Source of the DNA: Ranitomeya imitator | Taxonomy: Eukaryota | Assembly: GCF_032444005.1 (NCBI RefSeq) | Contig: NC_091286.1 | Location: 660,300,001-660,364,000 of the forward strand | Direction: 5' to 3' | Length of the DNA stretch: 64,000 nucleotides | In this document: positions 61,243 through 64,000 of the stretch, in pieces | How positions within the stretch are numbered: the stretch's first letter is position 1 | Layout: each line of letters starts with the position of its first letter | Program-made: the position numbers and the translations under genes | The notes under the pieces: model-generated | The model's database searches: none | What the model was told of the DNA's origin: nothing | What the model saw: only the letters and a program-made list of their open reading frames with translations

Positions 61243-63237
61243 GTCCCCCATTCTGTAATAATGTCACCCATCCTGGGCCCGTTCCTGGTATAATGTCCCC
61301 CATCCTGGGCCCATTCTGTAATAATGTCACCCATCCTGGGCCCGTTCCTGGTATAATGTCACCCATTCTGGGCCCGTTTCTGGTATAAGGTCACCCATCC
61401 TGGGCCCGTTCTTGGTATGTCCCCCATCCTGGGCCCATTCCTGGTATAATGTCCCCCATCCTGGGCCCCTTCCTGGTATGATGTCCCCTATCCTGGGCCC
61501 GTTCCTAGTATAATGTCCCCCATCCTGGGCCCGTTCTTGGTATAATGTCCCCCATCCTGGGCCCATTACTGGTATAATGTCCCCCATCCTGGGCCGGTTC
61601 TTGGTATAATGTCCCCCATCCTGGGCCCATTCCTGGTATAATGTCCCCAATCCTGGGCCCATTCCTGGTATGATGTCCCCCATCCTGGGCCCCTTCTTGG
61701 TATAATGTCCCCCATCCTGGGCCCGGTCCTGGTAAAATGTCCCCCATCCTGGGCCCGTTCCTGGTATAATGTCCCCCATCCGGGGCCCGTTCCTGGTATA
61801 ATGTCCCCAATCCTGGGCCCCTTCCTGGTATAATGTCACCCATCCTCGGCCCGTTCCTGGTATAATGTCCACCATCCTGGGCCCGTTCCTGGTATAATGT
61901 CACCCATCCTGGGCCCGTTCTTGGTATAATGTCTCCATCCTGGGCCCATTCCTGGTATAATGTCCCCCATCCTGGGCCCCTTCTTGGTATAATGTCTCCA
62001 TCCTGGGCCCATTCCTGGTAAAATGTCCCCCATCCTGGGCCCGTCCCTCATCCTGGCCCCGTTCCTGGTATAATGTCCCCCATCCTGGGCCCCTTTCTGG
62101 TATAATGTCACCCATCCTCGGCCCATTCCTGGTATTATGTCCCCCATCCTGGGCCCATTCCTGGTATAATGTCCCCCATCCTGGGCCCCTTCTTGGTATA
62201 ATGTCCCCCATCTTGGGCCCGATCCTGGTAAAATGTCCACTATCCTGGGCCAGTTCCTGGTATAATGTCCCCAATCCTGGGCCCCTTCCTGGTATAATGT
62301 CACCCATCCTCGGCCCGTTCCTGGTATAATGTCCCCCATCCTGGGCCCGTTCCTGGCATAATGTCCCCCATCCTGGGCCCATTCCTGGTATGATGTCCCC
62401 CATCCTGGGCCCGTTCCTGGTATAATGTTTCCCATCCTAGGCCCGTTCTTGGTATAATGTCCCCCATTCTGTGCCCATTCCTAGTATTATGTCCTCCATC
62501 CTAGGCCACTTCCTGGTATAATGTCCCCCATCCTGGGCCCTATCCTGGTATGATGTCCCCCATCCTAGGCCCGTTCCTGGTATAATGTCCCCCACCCTGG
62601 GCCCGTTCCTGGTATAATGTCCCCCATCCTGGGCCCGTTCCTGGTATAATGTCCCCCATCCCGGGCCTGATCCTGGTAAAATGTCCCCCATCCTGGGCCC
62701 CTTCCTGGTATGATGTCCCCCATCCTGGGCCCGATCCTGGTATGATGTCCCCCATCCTGGGCCCGATCCTGGTATGATGTCCCCCATCCTGGGCCCGATC
62801 CTGGTATGATGTCCCCCATCCTGGGCCCCTTCCTGGTATAATGTCCCCCATCCTGGGCCCATTCCTGATATAATGTCCCCCATCCTTGGCCCCTTCCTGG
62901 TAAAATGTCCCCCATCCTGGGCCCCTTCCTGGTATGATGTCCCCCATCCTGGGCCCGATCCTGGTATGATGTCCCCCATCCTGGGCCCGATCCTGGTATG
63001 ATGTCCCCCATCCTGGGCCCGATCCTGGTATGATGTCCCCCATCCTGGGCCCGATCCTGGTATGATGTCCCCCATCCTGGGCCCCTTCCTGGTATAATGT
63101 CCCCCATCCTGGGCCCATTCCTGATATAATGTCCCCCATCCTTGGCCCCTTCCTGGTAAAATGTCCCCCATCCTGGGCCCCTTCCTGGTATAATGTCCCC
63201 CATCCTGGGCCCATTCCTGGTATAATGTCCCCCATCC
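61243..63237. repeat. 32-bp C-rich minisatellite, about 62 copies
   Basis: Unit tggtataatgtcccccatcctgggcccgttcc. Confidence 0.97.
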
Positions 63238-63750
63238 TTTTTTTCCATTTCTAATTATTGCTCCCACTGTTGATTTCTTCACTCCAAGCTTGTTGGCTAT
63301 TGCAGATTCAGTCTTCCCAGCCTGGTGCAGGGCTACAATTTTGTTTCTGGTGTCCTTTGACAGCTCTTTGGTCTTCACCATAGTGGAGTTTGGAGTCAGA
63401 CTGTTTGAGGGTGTGCACAGGTGTCTTTTTATACTGATAACAAGTTTAAACAGGTGCCATTACTACTGGGTAATGAGTGGAGGAAAGAGGAGACTCTTAA
63501 AGAAGAAGTTACAGGTCTGTGAGAGCCAGAAATCTTGATTGTTTGTTTCTGACCAAATACTTATTTTCCACCATAATATGCAAATAAAATGATAAAAAAA
63601 ACAGACAATGTGATTTTCTGGATTTTTTTTTCTCAGTTTGTCTCCCATAGTTGAGGTCTACCTATGATGTAAATTACAGACGCCTCTCATCTTTTTAAGT
63701 GGTGGAACTTGCACTATTGCTGACTGACTAAATACTTTTTTGCCCCACTG
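63238..63750 (-). mobile_element. Tc1 5' fragment (left TIR plus transposase N-terminus) truncated at the minisatellite
   Basis: TA|CAGTGGGGCAAAAAAGTATT on the minus strand; ORF from 63381 MVKTKELSKDTRNKIVALHQAGKTESAIANKLGVKKSTVGAIIR. Confidence 0.9.
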
Positions 63751-63753
63751 TAT

Positions 63754-64000
63754 ATGGGGAGTGCACTTTACTATATATCCTATATTGGGAGTGCATTATA
63801 CTATATGTACTATATGGGGAGTGCATTATACTATATATCCTATAATAATAATAATAATAATAAATAATAATAATAATATCCTATATTGGGAGTGCATTAT
63901 ACTATATGTACTATATGGGGAGTGCATTATACTATATATCCTATATCGGGAGTGCATTATACTATATGTACTATATGGGGAGTGCATTATACTATATATC
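63754..64000. repeat. 30-bp minisatellite (alternating 60-bp dimer) with an embedded (TAA)n tract; runs off the window
   Basis: atatggggagtgcattatactatatatcct / atattgggagtgcattatactatatgtact; (taa)n at about 63843-63876. Confidence 0.9.

Noticed and set aside
61327-63248. Multiple Gly/Pro-rich minus-strand ORFs resembling collagen- or prion-like repeats
   Set aside because: The 32-bp unit lacks stop codons on that strand, so all three frames are open.

Overview
Repeat-dense vertebrate genomic DNA, most likely from an anuran frog (inferred from the repeat content). It is mainly nested transposons and tandem arrays, and no host gene could be named. Main contents: (1) a Tc1 element (8067-17298) interrupted by a full-length but inactivated chromovirus-type Ty3/Gypsy retrotransposon (8278-14038) and by a Tc2/pogo-like MITE carrying a 60-bp array; (2) a Helitron (29944-34033) with a 20/22-bp minisatellite and a young CR1 fragment; (3) a 5.5-kb non-autonomous piggyBac-like element carrying telomere-like repeats and a ~390-bp array; (4) many hAT, Kolobok/T2 and Harbinger MITEs, solo LTRs and satellites of 86, 60, 32, 30, 27, 26/77 and 22 bp. 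The best candidate system is at 60549-61194. It is a ~320-bp-monomer element with two inverted minimal type I hammerhead ribozymes and octamer/PSE-like snRNA-type promoter motifs, resembling newt satellite 2 and non-LTR retrozymes. It shares a long-TSD plus inverted-duplication architecture with two other Penelope-like insertions in the window. The Gypsy element shows a Tf1/sushi-type self-priming signature and a 6-bp TSD. One S/P/T- and Tyr-motif-rich ORF (18091-18655) may be a real host exon.
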